DNA of 64,000 nucleotides. Source: Cenarchaeum sp. GTDB taxonomy: Archaea; Thermoproteota; Nitrososphaeria; Nitrososphaerales; Nitrosopumilaceae. Positions 12,201-21,059 of this stretch are shown one piece after another. The notes under the pieces were generated by a model. The model made no database searches. It was not told the origin of the DNA and saw only the letters and a program-made list of their open reading frames with translations. The translations under genes and the position numbers were made by a program. Positions within the stretch are counted from its first letter, which is position 1. Each line of letters opens with the position of its first letter. Where the stretch lies: assembly GCA_965242695.1 (NCBI GenBank), contig CBDESU010000002.1, positions 1 through 64,000 on the forward strand, read 5' to 3'.

Positions 12201-12551
12201 TGCATCCATAATGTTAGCATGTGCAAAGTACCCGTACCAGTTGCCGTCGTTGCCCTGGACCATCCTCAGCTGGTCGCCGTCAACCTCGACGCGAGGCTCG
12301 GCCGACGGAATGTCGTCGGCATCGCCGCGGAAGTTGATGTCGGAGTCGCGAACGACTACCTCCACCACGTTGAGGCCGCTGAAGACGTTGTCAAAGGCGC
12401 TGTTCTCGGCGGACACGTACAGGTTGTTGTCGTTGCTCGACTGGGCCGCGGCCTCCGGGATCGCTCCCGGTATGGCGAACGTGACCCCGCCGGCCACCAT
12501 GATGGTGGCTAGTATGATACTAGTAAGTTTCCTGTGTATTTCGTTTTTCAT
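7626..12551 (-). CDS. S-layer protein (Nitrosopumilus-type SlaA-like), copy B, complete
   Basis: 1641 aa. Signal peptide MKNEIHRKLTSIILATIMVAGGVTFAIPG, then 'NLYVSAENS.FDN.FSG..VVEVVV.D' typical of thaumarchaeal S-layer proteins. Very acidic; same C-terminus as copy A. Confidence 0.9.
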   Translation of the reverse strand: MKNEIHRKLTSIILATIMVAGGVTFAIPGAIPEAAAQSSNDNNLYVSAENSAFDNVFSGLNVVEVVVRDSDINFRGDADDIPSAEPRVEVDGDQLRMVQGNDGNWYGYFAHANIMDADTSGAIDYGDPTCDIGVPTYGTDDVFCAREGNHPVIRTDKAANTAAPGNTGSINLADVNDWPFIQVYGFDDETDIVVEYQKGGNTQSVTLYYDSDPDEYGTGLELGRDRYPQGGGVIMTMTDLAMNVDPTDEDTWTFDTTGSQGAYYYVFDDDGDATPNTDPDAINRDLAGIDDNLYLTINRNAEGAENDAVMIMEQKGGNQNSDGIPSTGVGAMEYIVTFIETGSNSGVFTNTDSDSDTPNVVVSDMAKRGTSAVVDHNDAIQSVVVGHAFGTITLDDDAVGGVWNSGEEIPVTLTDADVNRKAMNDEDITVSDPDFTIIPSVRIGSPITLAGATSAMVGDRPLAGNNGTFAVDLFSDVARLTLNATGDSTVTFEGVTTGEALDSFLADEENNKVYRDGSLIGVSYPSATFQFLNFDVRSIGDLRSAEFQWNNGTAQSINIPNVRGSNQGLVDITSVDVSRLADAESVDIMLDFGSATLDNGMTYPVAVDLFSFGQMGDGVAASERINNAIYRLELEESGDNTGVFEGTMEYTMLNQINVRDRNTYLDNLDTISDTINLIVHNDLTDEDSVRVNYRDLGADGVATQIADQVEAPTTSGSVSFDADNYKVADTVTVTLEDADLNVDVETIEIYTVVDTPDDPAYDMVGVDGYGLNSARESFGRVLDITFDDQLWLEGCMVGDPALGEDRTPIDASVDNGLGATGFTLIETGSDTGVFTGDFQIPLQYCHRLGNNAAEARSTTGVDMEVNYVDYRDASGETLEVGDSAGIRANTGTVSLDRTVYPVPFGVPADYGGNPPQGASVFPIHATGLGTWPAAGTFLPNGDLTIHVRINDPDFDVSASGEDKIETTVERNGVSTHGPLKITVSRGASSVIVGTAGGPEANDGRITTLGTANIIEQVPDTDPAQFISRQVTLNEIVSTGESMTRELGPITEIAPDAGIFELDLVLRYTDGPSGSQCPTTSVFQALDGSDGTAAQNRFTDNVPTHCIQQGDILTVEYTDPTDSSGNPNTVTDSATFDLRNGVLQSDKSVYIIGQDMILTLIEPDLDLESDEAETYDLDLIEWDSDAAGLTMGNLGGGAVFDPEPSDLRETGDSTGIFQVVVEIPEAFNNNRVERGEEIELEYTDFGPSGADYVGDDTEDINLTVFTSNFGATIELDQKVYTWTDKVYITIVAPDHNFDSDLVDEIGETSSDPIRVSTRSAELEQYRLVETGTDTGIFAGEVILTGFSHDADGDTTTGTNGYDIVNTPASGTGPTDGKLPTGDDDGITVSFEFSEDETVVTTALVRWSIGEVQWLETSYPAQGTGIVRVIDPDMNLDPEAVDNFGIDVYSDSDSGGIDLTVTETNEATGVFEGTVFFTTTDESSGHRLRVAEGDTITAEYTDGTLPNPYSTNDDIDVTAAAIIGTIVPPLERAPVSNARVVDSFGNTLSSVSVDQQVQITADVINGQDRTQSFAYLVQIQDANGVTVSLSWIEGSLNPGQSLSPAQSWTPDMPGSYTATVFVWESVDNPTALSPPGTVTVNVR

Positions 12552-12573
12552 TTCTTGCTACCACGCCCGAAAA

Positions 12574-12592
12574 CTAGTATATAACAATGATG
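12574..12592 (-). promoter_or_regulatory. TATA box of S-layer copy B
   Basis: TTATATA on the minus strand ~27 nt upstream of ATG 12551. Confidence 0.65.
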
Positions 12593-15093
12593 AACGAATC
12601 GTCCATGGCGGAAGCCTGGCCAGGGCGTGGGCCTTTTGACGCCCGTACGAGGGATTTTTTGCCCCCTATGGGGGCCGCATGCGAAAATCCTTACGCCGTA
12701 TGGCCGCCCGGCGGGGGATTTTTGACGGCTGTTGGGGGGGTCAAATCCGACCCCTAGGCGCGCCTGAAGAGGGGTTCTGGCGGCCCCCGCGGGAGACCCC
12801 CCCCCCCTGCACCGCGCGCCCGGCGCGGGCGGGGAGGCGGGGCGGCCGCCCCCTCTGCCCGGCGGCGGGGGAACGCCGCGGGGACGAGGCGGCAGGGGGT
12901 CGAAAACGGGCCTCTAGCGATCGCCTTTTTGGCGGGGCATGGCGGAGCGCATCGAGGCGGGACGTCATCGCCTCCGGGACCCCGCACGGCCGCCGCGGCG
13001 GCATCGCATGCCCGGCGCGGGGAGAGGCGCGGCCTGGCCGGCCAGGGCCCGCCGCGGCCGCGGGGCGGCAGGATGCGCATCGCGCTCCCCGGGCGCGCCG
13101 GCGCATCCCTGCGCGGCGGGGCCGCCCCGGTTCTATATGCGAATTTTATACATGGTTTACGGGGGACGGGATGCGCCGCACAAGGTCCGCGCCGCGCCGA
13201 AGTTTTGGGACGCGTGTGCCGGCCGCCCCGGCCGGAGCGGCGGCGCGATGGAGGACAGAGGCCCTTCGGCCGGGGCGGCCGCCCGCCGGGCCGCCCAGCA
13301 TCCCGCCCCCTCCGCAAGCGCATCGCATCCCCGAGGGCGCGGCCGGACTTTGCGGCACGGCGCCCTGGGCGCAGGGCCTGCGACGAGCCCCGCGGGCGCG
13401 TGGGCAGGCTGCCCGGGGGCGCCGGGCTGTTCCGGCACAGGACCCGCCCCGGGCCGCGGGCGGCGGGCGGCCAGTAGCGCCCCGGCCGCCGGCGAGTACG
13501 AGCCGCGCCTCCCGCCGCTCCACATGCAGCCGCCCCCCTCCCACATCGCTCCGCGCCGCTTCGCCCCACATGCCGTGCGCTGGAAGAGGCGGCGCACGCT
13601 CCGGCGCATGCGATGCGCAGTGCGCTCCGTCCCGCAGCCCGCGTTCCGCGCACATTCCGCGCGTCTGCCGGAGGCTGGGATGGGTGCCGCGCAGCGAACA
13701 GGCGGCGGCCCTCCGCGGCGAGCCGGCATCCCCAAGGGTGCCCGGCGCGCCGCGTCCCCTCCCGGCCAGGCGGATCGCCCCGGCAGCCCGGCCATCTCCG
13801 CCCGAAGGGGCCCCGCCGCCCTTGCCGCGGCGCGGCCCGGACGGGAACACAGGCGCCGGGGCCCTGACGGGAGCCCGCCGCCAAGGCCGGCGGACTCCCC
13901 GGCGCTGGACGAGACGGGACGCCCCTGCCTCCGGCTTTTGCAGGCCCGCCTGGCATCGCCGCCGGGGCCGCCCGGCCTGCGCGCAGCGAGCCCTGGATTG
14001 TCCCGGGCCCGGCAGGGCTGCCCCGACCGCCGGCGATGCGGGCGCCGCGGCGGAGGCGCACCGCCTGCGATACCATGCACGCTGCGCCGGGCTCGACGGC
14101 CGGGACGGCGCGCATCGGCGGGGCAGGACGGGCAGCCGGCCCGGGCAAGATGGCGGCCGGGACGGCGCATCCCGCGGCGTCCCGCATCCAGGGCGCATCT
14201 CCAAGCCTCCGCGCATGCCTGCCGCCGCATCAGCTGCACTCCGTGCGGCCAGGCATCCGCCCGGCCCGCCCGCGGAGCCCCTGCTGCGGGGCCCGCCGCA
14301 CATGCCGTCCCGCGGGGCCGAAGTGTGCACCAGCACCTGCCGGGGCGGCCTCGAAGTCTCTTGTTCCGTCGGACGCCCCCGCCGCCGTCATGTCCATCCC
14401 GGCGCCGCGCCATCGCCGCCGCCGCGGGGCGCGCCCCGGCCCGCTCCACTGCAGCAGCCGCTCCGCAGCTGTTGCCTCTCCGCTGCCGCCGCCGCCGGCA
14501 GTGACGAAGCCTGCCCATGGCGGCCCGGCGCACAGGACGCGCACGGGCTCGGAGCGGGCGCGGCGGCGGTGCCGCGTCGCAGCGCCCGCATGGCAGACCT
14601 CGACGGAATCGGCGCAGTGCACGGGCCGCATCCGGCGGCCCGCATCGCTCGCTTCGCGCCCGGGGCCGCCCCTCCCTCCCCCGCCGTCCCGGCAGGCGGA
14701 GGGGGAGGGGGAGCGCCATGGCATGCCTAGGGCGCCGGCCAGGCAGGCGCGGCCTGGCAGTTCCGCCCCGGCGCCCCGCACGTTCAGGCTTGACGGAGGA
14801 CGGGACTCAACGCGGGCGCCGGCAGGTCGACGGAGGAAGGACAGGACGGGCCGGCCTGCGCGCAGGGGGACGGCGCACCGGCCGTTGTCGCCGCCCGCCA
14901 TGCCTGGGCGGGACATGCCACCCGCTGTTCAAGCGGCGCGAGGCGGCGCGGCCCCGGCACAGGCCCATGCCGGCTCGCCGTGGCAGGGCCGCACTCCGCC
15001 GATTGCCCGGTTGCGGTGCACCCTCCCCGTCCTTCCAACATGATTGTCCCCGCCGCCTAGCCTCCCTTCCCGGCAGGCCCGCGGCGGCCCCGG

Positions 15094-16116
15094 CTAGGGC
15101 ATGTTGCCGAACCCTAGCACGTGCCGGCTGCCGCGCCCGCGGCCGCCGCGGCCGCGCTTCACATGGTCGAGTATTGACGCGGCCCACTTGCCAAGGACGT
15201 TGTCGTCGTCGGGCGCGCCCCGCATGCTGCGCTCGCGGTATGAGGGAGGCAGATCTTTGAGCGCCCGCCGGAGCAGTCTCAAAGCCTCATCGCGGCTCCA
15301 TCGGACGCCTCCCGCCGTCATGATCCTCTCGGCGCTGCCCCCGTCCGATCCCCCTGCGGCAGTCCCGCCGCGGCCGGCCCCTGCCGCACCCGTCCCGGCG
15401 CTGCCCCCGTCCGATCCCCCTGCGGCAGTCCCGCCGCGGCCGGCCCCTGCCGCACCCGTCCCGGAGCGGCCACCGACAACTACGAAGCCTGCCCGGGGCG
15501 GGTGGGCGCACAGGGCACGCGCGGGCTGGGCGTAAACGCGCCAGCGCCGCGCCGCAGCACTGCCCGCGCTGTCGCTCTTGACGGGGACCGACGCCGTGCA
15601 CGGGCAGCATCCGTCGACATGAATCGTCCGCGTACACTCCCCAAAGGGGTTGCCCCTCTGCGGCCACTGGCGACCGGCGGCAAGGAGCGGCACGACAAGG
15701 TCCCAGGCGTCGACCAGGCAGGTGCGGTCGAGCAGGCCCGCCCGGACATCCCACATGTCCCGGTTGGTCTCGACGGCGGGCAGGACATAGAACGCCGACC
15801 CCGGCGGGTAGCGGAGGAGGGTGCAGAACTGGCCCGTCTCTATGCAGAAGGACGCCGCGCGGCCCTTGGGCTTGTGGGGCCGCTTGAACTGTAGCACGGC
15901 GTAGCGGCCCGGAGACAGGCGCGCGGCCGCGTCAAAGCCGAGTTTGTGCTCTTCGGGCTGCGTGGGCAGCGTTATCGTGACCCATCTTTCGGGCAGGCAC
16001 CTCTGCCTTTCGATGCAGGCTGCCAGGTACCGCAGTATGTTCGCCTCGAGGCCGGCCTCGCTCGGCGTCGATTCCGCAAGCCCTGCAAGGGTGCGGCTGG
16101 ACCGGCGGCCTGCCAT
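15094..16116 (-). CDS. Putative PD-(D/E)XK restriction-endonuclease-fold protein
   Basis: N-terminal pattern 'SE...EE..LGFD......Y.VLQFKR' fits an E...D...QxK nuclease core. TATA-like ttatat ~27 nt upstream. Confidence 0.55.
   Translation of the reverse strand: MAGRRSSRTLAGLAESTPSEAGLEANILRYLAACIERQRCLPERWVTITLPTQPEEHKLGFDAAARLSPGRYAVLQFKRPHKPKGRAASFCIETGQFCTLLRYPPGSAFYVLPAVETNRDMWDVRAGLLDRTCLVDAWDLVVPLLAAGRQWPQRGNPFGECTRTIHVDGCCPCTASVPVKSDSAGSAAARRWRVYAQPARALCAHPPRAGFVVVGGRSGTGAAGAGRGGTAAGGSDGGSAGTGAAGAGRGGTAAGGSDGGSAERIMTAGGVRWSRDEALRLLRRALKDLPPSYRERSMRGAPDDDNVLGKWAASILDHVKRGRGGRGRGSRHVLGFGNMP
15331..15464. repeat. 66-bp tandem repeat x2 (in-frame Gly/Ala linker)
   Basis: ggcgctgcccccgtccgatccccctgcggcag... 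at 15331 and 15397; encodes GTGAAGAGRGGTAAGGSDGGSA twice. Confidence 0.9.
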
Positions 16117-16556
16117 CGTTCAGGGCGGACAGGGGGATCGATATAAGACGACAAGCGGGCTGGGCCGGCAGGGGCCGCGCCAGAGGGGGGCAAGACGCCG
16201 GCCGCTGCCCGCATTGACGGTGCGCAGATCCGGCGGCAGGGGCCAGGAACCGCAGGGCGGCAGGGGCGCGGCGGAGCCCCGCCCACGCGCACGCGGGCGG
16301 CCCGCTCCACGCGGCGGCCGCCGCCGCCGGCCCCGTCGACAGGTCCTTCGAGCGGCTCGACGGCGGGCGTCCCAGCACCCTTGGCACGCCCATGCGCGAG
16401 GCGCCGCCGCCGGCGCACAGGAGCGGGATGCCCAAGCCAGGCGATGGCGTCTAGGGAGGCCTAGGGGCGTCGTGCGCCTGCGCACGGCAGCCGGGGGCCG
16501 CTGCTTTCTGCACACGGCACGGGATCGCATTGCGCACAAATGACATATACCGGCGC

Positions 16557-17057
16557 ATGGCTGGCCCGAGCGTGAGCAACATGCTGAAAGGGGCCGGGAC
16601 GCCGCCGGAGGATGCGCCGGCTCCCGTGGGGGGCGCCGGCCGGGGCCGGCAGGCGGCTGCGGAACGGCAGGACGCCGCGGACGCCAGGCTGATCGCGGCC
16701 GTGGAGGCGGAGAGGGCGTACTGGGCAAAGCGAGGCCCCATAGAGCATCAAAAGATGCAGCTAGAGGCGCAGCTAGAGGAAAACAGAAAGTACCGCCTAG
16801 AGTACAACCACAACCACATGATCGAGGTCGACGAGGACTCGGACCGAACCACCCTGCTCGACATCGAATGGTACGACGCGGGCACTACAGGCGACGTCTA
16901 CCTTCCGGGGGTGCACGCCCGCAGCGGCGTCAAGCCGTCGCCCATTACTCCCGGGGAGATTCCCCATCCGAGCGAGCGGGCGCGCGTCATACGAAAGGGA
17001 TCGTGCGCCTGCGACTGCTGCGCGACTAGGTCCGCGGCGGATGTCCTGGCGCCCTGA
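16557..17057 (+). CDS. Hypothetical protein with C-terminal CxCxCC motif
   Basis: Protein-like composition (QKMQLEAQLEENRKYRLEY) and a CACDCC motif. Start uncertain. Confidence 0.55.
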   Translation: MAGPSVSNMLKGAGTPPEDAPAPVGGAGRGRQAAAERQDAADARLIAAVEAERAYWAKRGPIEHQKMQLEAQLEENRKYRLEYNHNHMIEVDEDSDRTTLLDIEWYDAGTTGDVYLPGVHARSGVKPSPITPGEIPHPSERARVIRKGSCACDCCATRSAADVLAP

Positions 17058-17088
17058 TCGGCGGCAGGCCTCGGCGATGATGCCCGTC

Positions 17089-17946
17089 CTACGCATGTCG
17101 GGTGCGATCCGGGCCGCGGGCAAGGCGCCTTGCCGTGTCGTACGCGGCGAGCGCATCGCCGTGCCGGCCGAGGGCGGCGAGCGCATCGCCGCGCCCGGCA
17201 TGCGCCGCGGCGCTCCCCCCGTCGATCCCGACGGCCGAATCGTACGCGGCGAGCGCATCGCCGTGCCGGCCGAGCGCTGCGCACGAGATCCCCATGTAGA
17301 CGAGCATTGCGGGCGCGGGGGGCTCCGCGCCGGCCGCCCTGCACCGGCGGATGACGGACTCGTGCAGCTCGCGCGCGATCCGGGAGCGGCCGGGCAGCCG
17401 CGCCATCGCGCGGGCCTTTGCAGAGTCCATCATGACCTGGACCGGCGGGCTGTCCCTGAACGCGCCCCGGGCGAATTCCTCGACGCCGCGATGGGCCTTT
17501 GCCAAGTCGAGGGTCGCATCGCCCTCCCCGTGGACCACCATGTTGCGCTGGCCCATGACGTCCGTTAGGATCTCCGCCACGCCCCCCTTCAGCGCGGCGC
17601 TGGCCCCGCACTTGTCGAGGATGGAGCGGACGTCGCTGATGGTCGAGACGTTCAGGCTGGCCGCAACGGCGCCTCCCCAGCCTCCGCGCCGGGCGGAGTC
17701 AAAGGGGACGCGCCGCATGATCAGCTCCATCGAGTCGTCGTCGGGGTTGGCGTCCAGGTACACCTCCAGCAGGCGCCTGCACACCTCCTCGATCACCGTC
17801 GCGAGCCTGATGATGACTAGGTTGCGTATGTCGGGGTCGGCGCTTGCGAGTAGCGGGAGGATCCGGTACAGCCTGACGGCGGCGCCTTCCAGCCTGTCGC
17901 GAGGCAGCCTTGCGACCGATCGCGCCATGATTCTTCGCCTTCCCAT
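17089..17946 (-). CDS. HEPN-domain + TPR protein
   Basis: 'LVIIRLATVIEE' and R-X4-H motif 'QRNMVVHG' in the N-terminal half. C-terminal 'ALGRHGDALAAYD' is repeated with 102-bp (34-aa) spacing, the TPR period. Start 17946 or 17928. Confidence 0.65.
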   Translation of the reverse strand: MGRRRIMARSVARLPRDRLEGAAVRLYRILPLLASADPDIRNLVIIRLATVIEEVCRRLLEVYLDANPDDDSMELIMRRVPFDSARRGGWGGAVAASLNVSTISDVRSILDKCGASAALKGGVAEILTDVMGQRNMVVHGEGDATLDLAKAHRGVEEFARGAFRDSPPVQVMMDSAKARAMARLPGRSRIARELHESVIRRCRAAGAEPPAPAMLVYMGISCAALGRHGDALAAYDSAVGIDGGSAAAHAGRGDALAALGRHGDALAAYDTARRLARGPDRTRHA

Positions 17947-18073
17947 GCCGGGCCGAGCGGTGGCGTGCATACAACCTTTGAGTACGATTTTCAAGCTTTG
18001 CGATGCATGCGAACAGGTCGACAGGCCGGTTGACGCCTAGGGGTCCCGATGAGGGTGGACAGGGGCCCAAGCA

Positions 18074-18163
18074 GGCGCCCCCGATCGGCCTCCCGAACCA
18101 CGCCCGGCGCCCCCGATCGGCCGCAGGAGCCCAGGCAGGCGCCCCCGATCGGCCGCAGGAGCC
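18074..18163. repeat. 32-bp-period direct repeat x3
   Basis: ggcgcccccgatcggcc at 18074, 18106 and 18138, between divergent genes. Confidence 0.8.
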
Positions 18164-18257
18164 GCGCCAGGGCGATCGCCGGCGTCGAATTGTCGGCGGA
18201 ATTGTCGATAGGCCTGCGCCTGCGGCACAGTAGCCGCGCCCGCCGCGGGATTGCGGC

Positions 18258-18728
18258 ATGAGGCACCTGCCGGACGGCAGGACGTCGGCCGTCATGATGC
18301 GCCCCGCCTGCCCGCGCGCCCTCGAGGCGGCATTCTGCGAGCCGCCCGGCAGGGAGGGCAGGGCGCTGCGCGCCAAGCTCGGAAGGCTCGTCGATGAGGT
18401 CTGCGGCCTCTGCGGGACCGCATCCGATGCCCTCAAGTGCTGCGCCCTCGTCGAGGCAGGCCTGCGGGGCGGCCGCGCAGCTGAGATCGCCGCCATGCGG
18501 GCCGGGCTTGCGCGCTGCAGGGACCGCCCGGAGGCGGTGCTTGCCCAGATATCGGAGATCGGGCGCAGGCTTGCCGGGCACGAGGGAGGGCACAACCCCG
18601 ACGGCATGGTGCTGATCGCGGCCCTCAGGTCCGAGGTGTCGGGGCTGCGCAAGCTGGTCAAGTACTGCGAGAACCCGAACAGCCGCCGGGGCATGCCGTC
18701 CCCGCTCAGGGGCGGGACAAGAAGCTAG
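18258..18728 (+). CDS. Hypothetical helical protein
   Basis: 156-aa ORF with amphipathic helices; no recognised motif. Confidence 0.45.
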   Translation: MRHLPDGRTSAVMMRPACPRALEAAFCEPPGREGRALRAKLGRLVDEVCGLCGTASDALKCCALVEAGLRGGRAAEIAAMRAGLARCRDRPEAVLAQISEIGRRLAGHEGGHNPDGMVLIAALRSEVSGLRKLVKYCENPNSRRGMPSPLRGGTRS

Positions 18729-19073
18729 GCGAGGAGATCGCCAGATCGCGCCGCCCCCGGCCCCGGCGCTGTCGGCACGCGGGCAGTTCCAATCTGGCGC
18801 CCATGGGTCACTAATCCCAATGCCAATGCCATGTCCGGCCGCCCGCCGCTGGCCCGAACCGCCTGCAGGGGCCGTGCGGCACGACTTGGAGGCATGCGGC
18901 GATCGCATTCTCGCATCTGTCCAGGACGCCGGCATCATGATCCACGACGGCCGTGCGGCCTCGCATGCCCGCATCGGCCACGCCCAGGCACGGGGGTCGA
19001 CCTGAGCACATGCCACACGACACGCTTGGCGCCCGGCCGCGGTTTTTAGTAGGGGCGCGGGCCGGGCGCAGGC

Positions 19074-19661
19074 ATGAATGCGGCGGAAGGCATGCTCGCA
19101 ACGTGCGGGCCGCTGCACAGGCTCGTCGTCCTGCTCGCCGCCTCCAACGGGGGCGAGGCGATCAGGGGCAGGACGAAGCTGCAAAAGATGGTGTTCATGC
19201 TGACCGAGGGGGAGGAGCAAGAGTACGGCCCGTGCGGGTACGATGCGGGCAGCGACGGCCCGCACAGCGGCATTGTCGACGAGGTGGCCGGCCGCCTGGA
19301 GGATGCGGGGATACTGCGCGCCGACGGCCGGGACATTGCCGTCACGCAGCTTGGCAGGGAGGTCGCCGGCAGGATCGCGGCGGAAGAGGACGGCCGCACG
19401 CTGGCCATGATCGGCAGGTACAAGGAGATGTTCAACGACATGACCGCCGACGAGCTTCTTGCGTACGTGTACTCTGCATACCCCGACACGGCGACAAGGT
19501 CGCCGGTGCACGACCGGATAGCATCCAGCATGGAGCTGCACGTCATGTCGATGCTGAAAAAGGAAAAGATCACGTCGGAGCGCGCATCCGAGCTTCTCGG
19601 CCGCCCCCTCGAGGATGTCCTGTGGCTGGCCGGCAGGATGCGCGTACGGACGCTGAGGTGA
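19074..19661 (+). CDS. YwgA/DUF4065-like antitoxin fused to UPF0175-like HTH
   Basis: 'IRGRTKLQKMVF', 'GPHS' and 'ELLAYVYSAYP' are YwgA/Panacea-like. C-terminal 'KITSERASELLGRPLEDV' is UPF0175-like. GTGA overlap with the next gene. Confidence 0.7.
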   Translation: MNAAEGMLATCGPLHRLVVLLAASNGGEAIRGRTKLQKMVFMLTEGEEQEYGPCGYDAGSDGPHSGIVDEVAGRLEDAGILRADGRDIAVTQLGREVAGRIAAEEDGRTLAMIGRYKEMFNDMTADELLAYVYSAYPDTATRSPVHDRIASSMELHVMSMLKKEKITSERASELLGRPLEDVLWLAGRMRVRTLR

Positions 19662-20158
19662 CCGCGCCCGAGGATAACGGATGCGCCTGCGCCGACTGCC
19701 GTCTTTACGGCCTTGGCCGCCCCGGCCTGATCGACCGCCTGCCTGAACCGGGGCGCGCGCCGGCCATTGCGGGGCATGCGGCAGGGTCCGGGCTGCGCAG
19801 CAGGGAGGCCCGGGAGGGGGCCGGGCGCACGGTGAGCGAGGGCAAGATCCGCATCTTCCCGGGCAGCACGGCCGCAGAGCTGCAGGGGATGAGGAGAGAG
19901 CTTCCCGCCCTGGGCCTGGGCGAGCGCGACACGCTGCTGCTGCACGGGAGGGTGCGCTCGCAGGGCAGGCCGCACTGCATGCTCGACGACAGGGACGCAA
20001 GGCGGGCCGCCAAGAGCCCTGGCATGCCGTTCACGGGGCTGCTCGGCCTGCTCTCGCTTCTCAAGGAGAGGGGGATCATCGGAGGGGCCGAGGCCGGCGA
20101 GATCGTCAAGGGACTGAGGCGCGCCGGCTTTTGGATGCCCGCGGACGCTGCCGTATGA
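19658..20158 (+). CDS. DUF3368-type PIN-domain protein, N-terminus degenerate
   Basis: 'LGLGERD', 'LDDRDARRAAK' and 'TGLLGLL...KERGII...L..AGFW' match the DUF3368/PIN C-terminal pattern. The first acidic PIN motif is not clear. Confidence 0.65.
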   Translation: MTAPEDNGCACADCRLYGLGRPGLIDRLPEPGRAPAIAGHAAGSGLRSREAREGAGRTVSEGKIRIFPGSTAAELQGMRRELPALGLGERDTLLLHGRVRSQGRPHCMLDDRDARRAAKSPGMPFTGLLGLLSLLKERGIIGGAEAGEIVKGLRRAGFWMPADAAV

Positions 20159-20624
20159 CGCGCGGCCGCGGGGCCGCATCGGAGGCAGAGATTCGCCCCG
20201 CTCCCGCCGGAGGCCTGCGGCGCGGGCGGTACGCGCTGTGGGGATTGGGCGGACGCCTGCCGTCCACGCAGCTAGCCGCAAGGCGGCGCGGGCGGGGGAA
20301 CCACCGGGCGCGTGCAGTTTGGATCGTGTGGCCCATGTTCGCAAAGACGGCAGGGCGGCGCGGGCGGGGGGGGGGGCTCCGGGCGCGTGCAGGGCAGCCG
20401 CATGCCCTGCTTGCCGTGGCGCCTGCCGCAAGCCGCCCTGCGAACGGCCCGTGCTGGGCGACGCGGCCTGCGGGTGTCGCGCGGGGTCGAGGCCCCCGTC
20501 CAAGGCGCGGCGCGTCGACATGCCCGCCGTCCTCTGGCGCCCTGGCGCGGGAGGAGTCGAACCGCGCAAGTTTGGGCCGCATCGCACATCCTAGCAGGCC
20601 GGCTCGCCCGGCGCAGCTTGCCCA

Positions 20625-20986
20625 TGCATCGGAGGGACGCAGAGGCCGCCAGAGCCGCGCCGCCTCTTCGGGCCTTGCGCAGATGTACCGCGTGTGGGGA
20701 GCCCCCCCCCCCCTGCCGGCCTCCCATGCCGCATCGCAGGCCTGCCCGGGGTCCCTGCCGTGCGCGACGATCCCGCCGCCGGCGACGGCGATCCACTCGC
20801 CCATGCACTTTTCCGCATCCTTGGGATCCATTGCGTTCAGGAAGTCCATGCTCTTCCTGGCGTTCTCGTCGATCTGCGTGCACTGCGTGGGATATCCGAC
20901 GCGCATGTCCCCGGGCGGTATGATCACGTCCCCCCAAACATGAGGGGACGTCCCTCGTCGGCGCGCCGGCCGCTCTCGTCCGCCAT
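20625..20986 (-). pseudogene. DUF5678-like cassette gene, frameshifted
   Basis: MADESGRRA then a frameshift into DVIIPPGDMRVGYP...MGEWIAVAGGGIVAHGRD; paralog of 40515-40862. Confidence 0.75.
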
Positions 20987-21059
20987 GCTCGGGCCGGGAC
21001 AGCCCCCTGTTTGAGCGGCGCGATCGGGCGCCGCGGGGGGCGTGCATGGCGCGCCCCGG

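Noticed and set aside
108-12639. Many antisense and alternate-frame ORFs overlapping the two S-layer genes
   Set aside because: Shadow ORFs produced by high GC and strong codon bias; the S-layer frames account for the sequence.
12679-15043. Long ORFs of 330-680 aa in several frames
   Set aside because: Arg/Pro/Ala/Gly low-complexity translations in all frames, no motifs and no preferred frame; expected at this GC content.
18074-18163. Possible CRISPR array
   Set aside because: 17-bp repeat with 15-bp spacers is too short, the spacers are partly similar to each other, and no cas genes are present.
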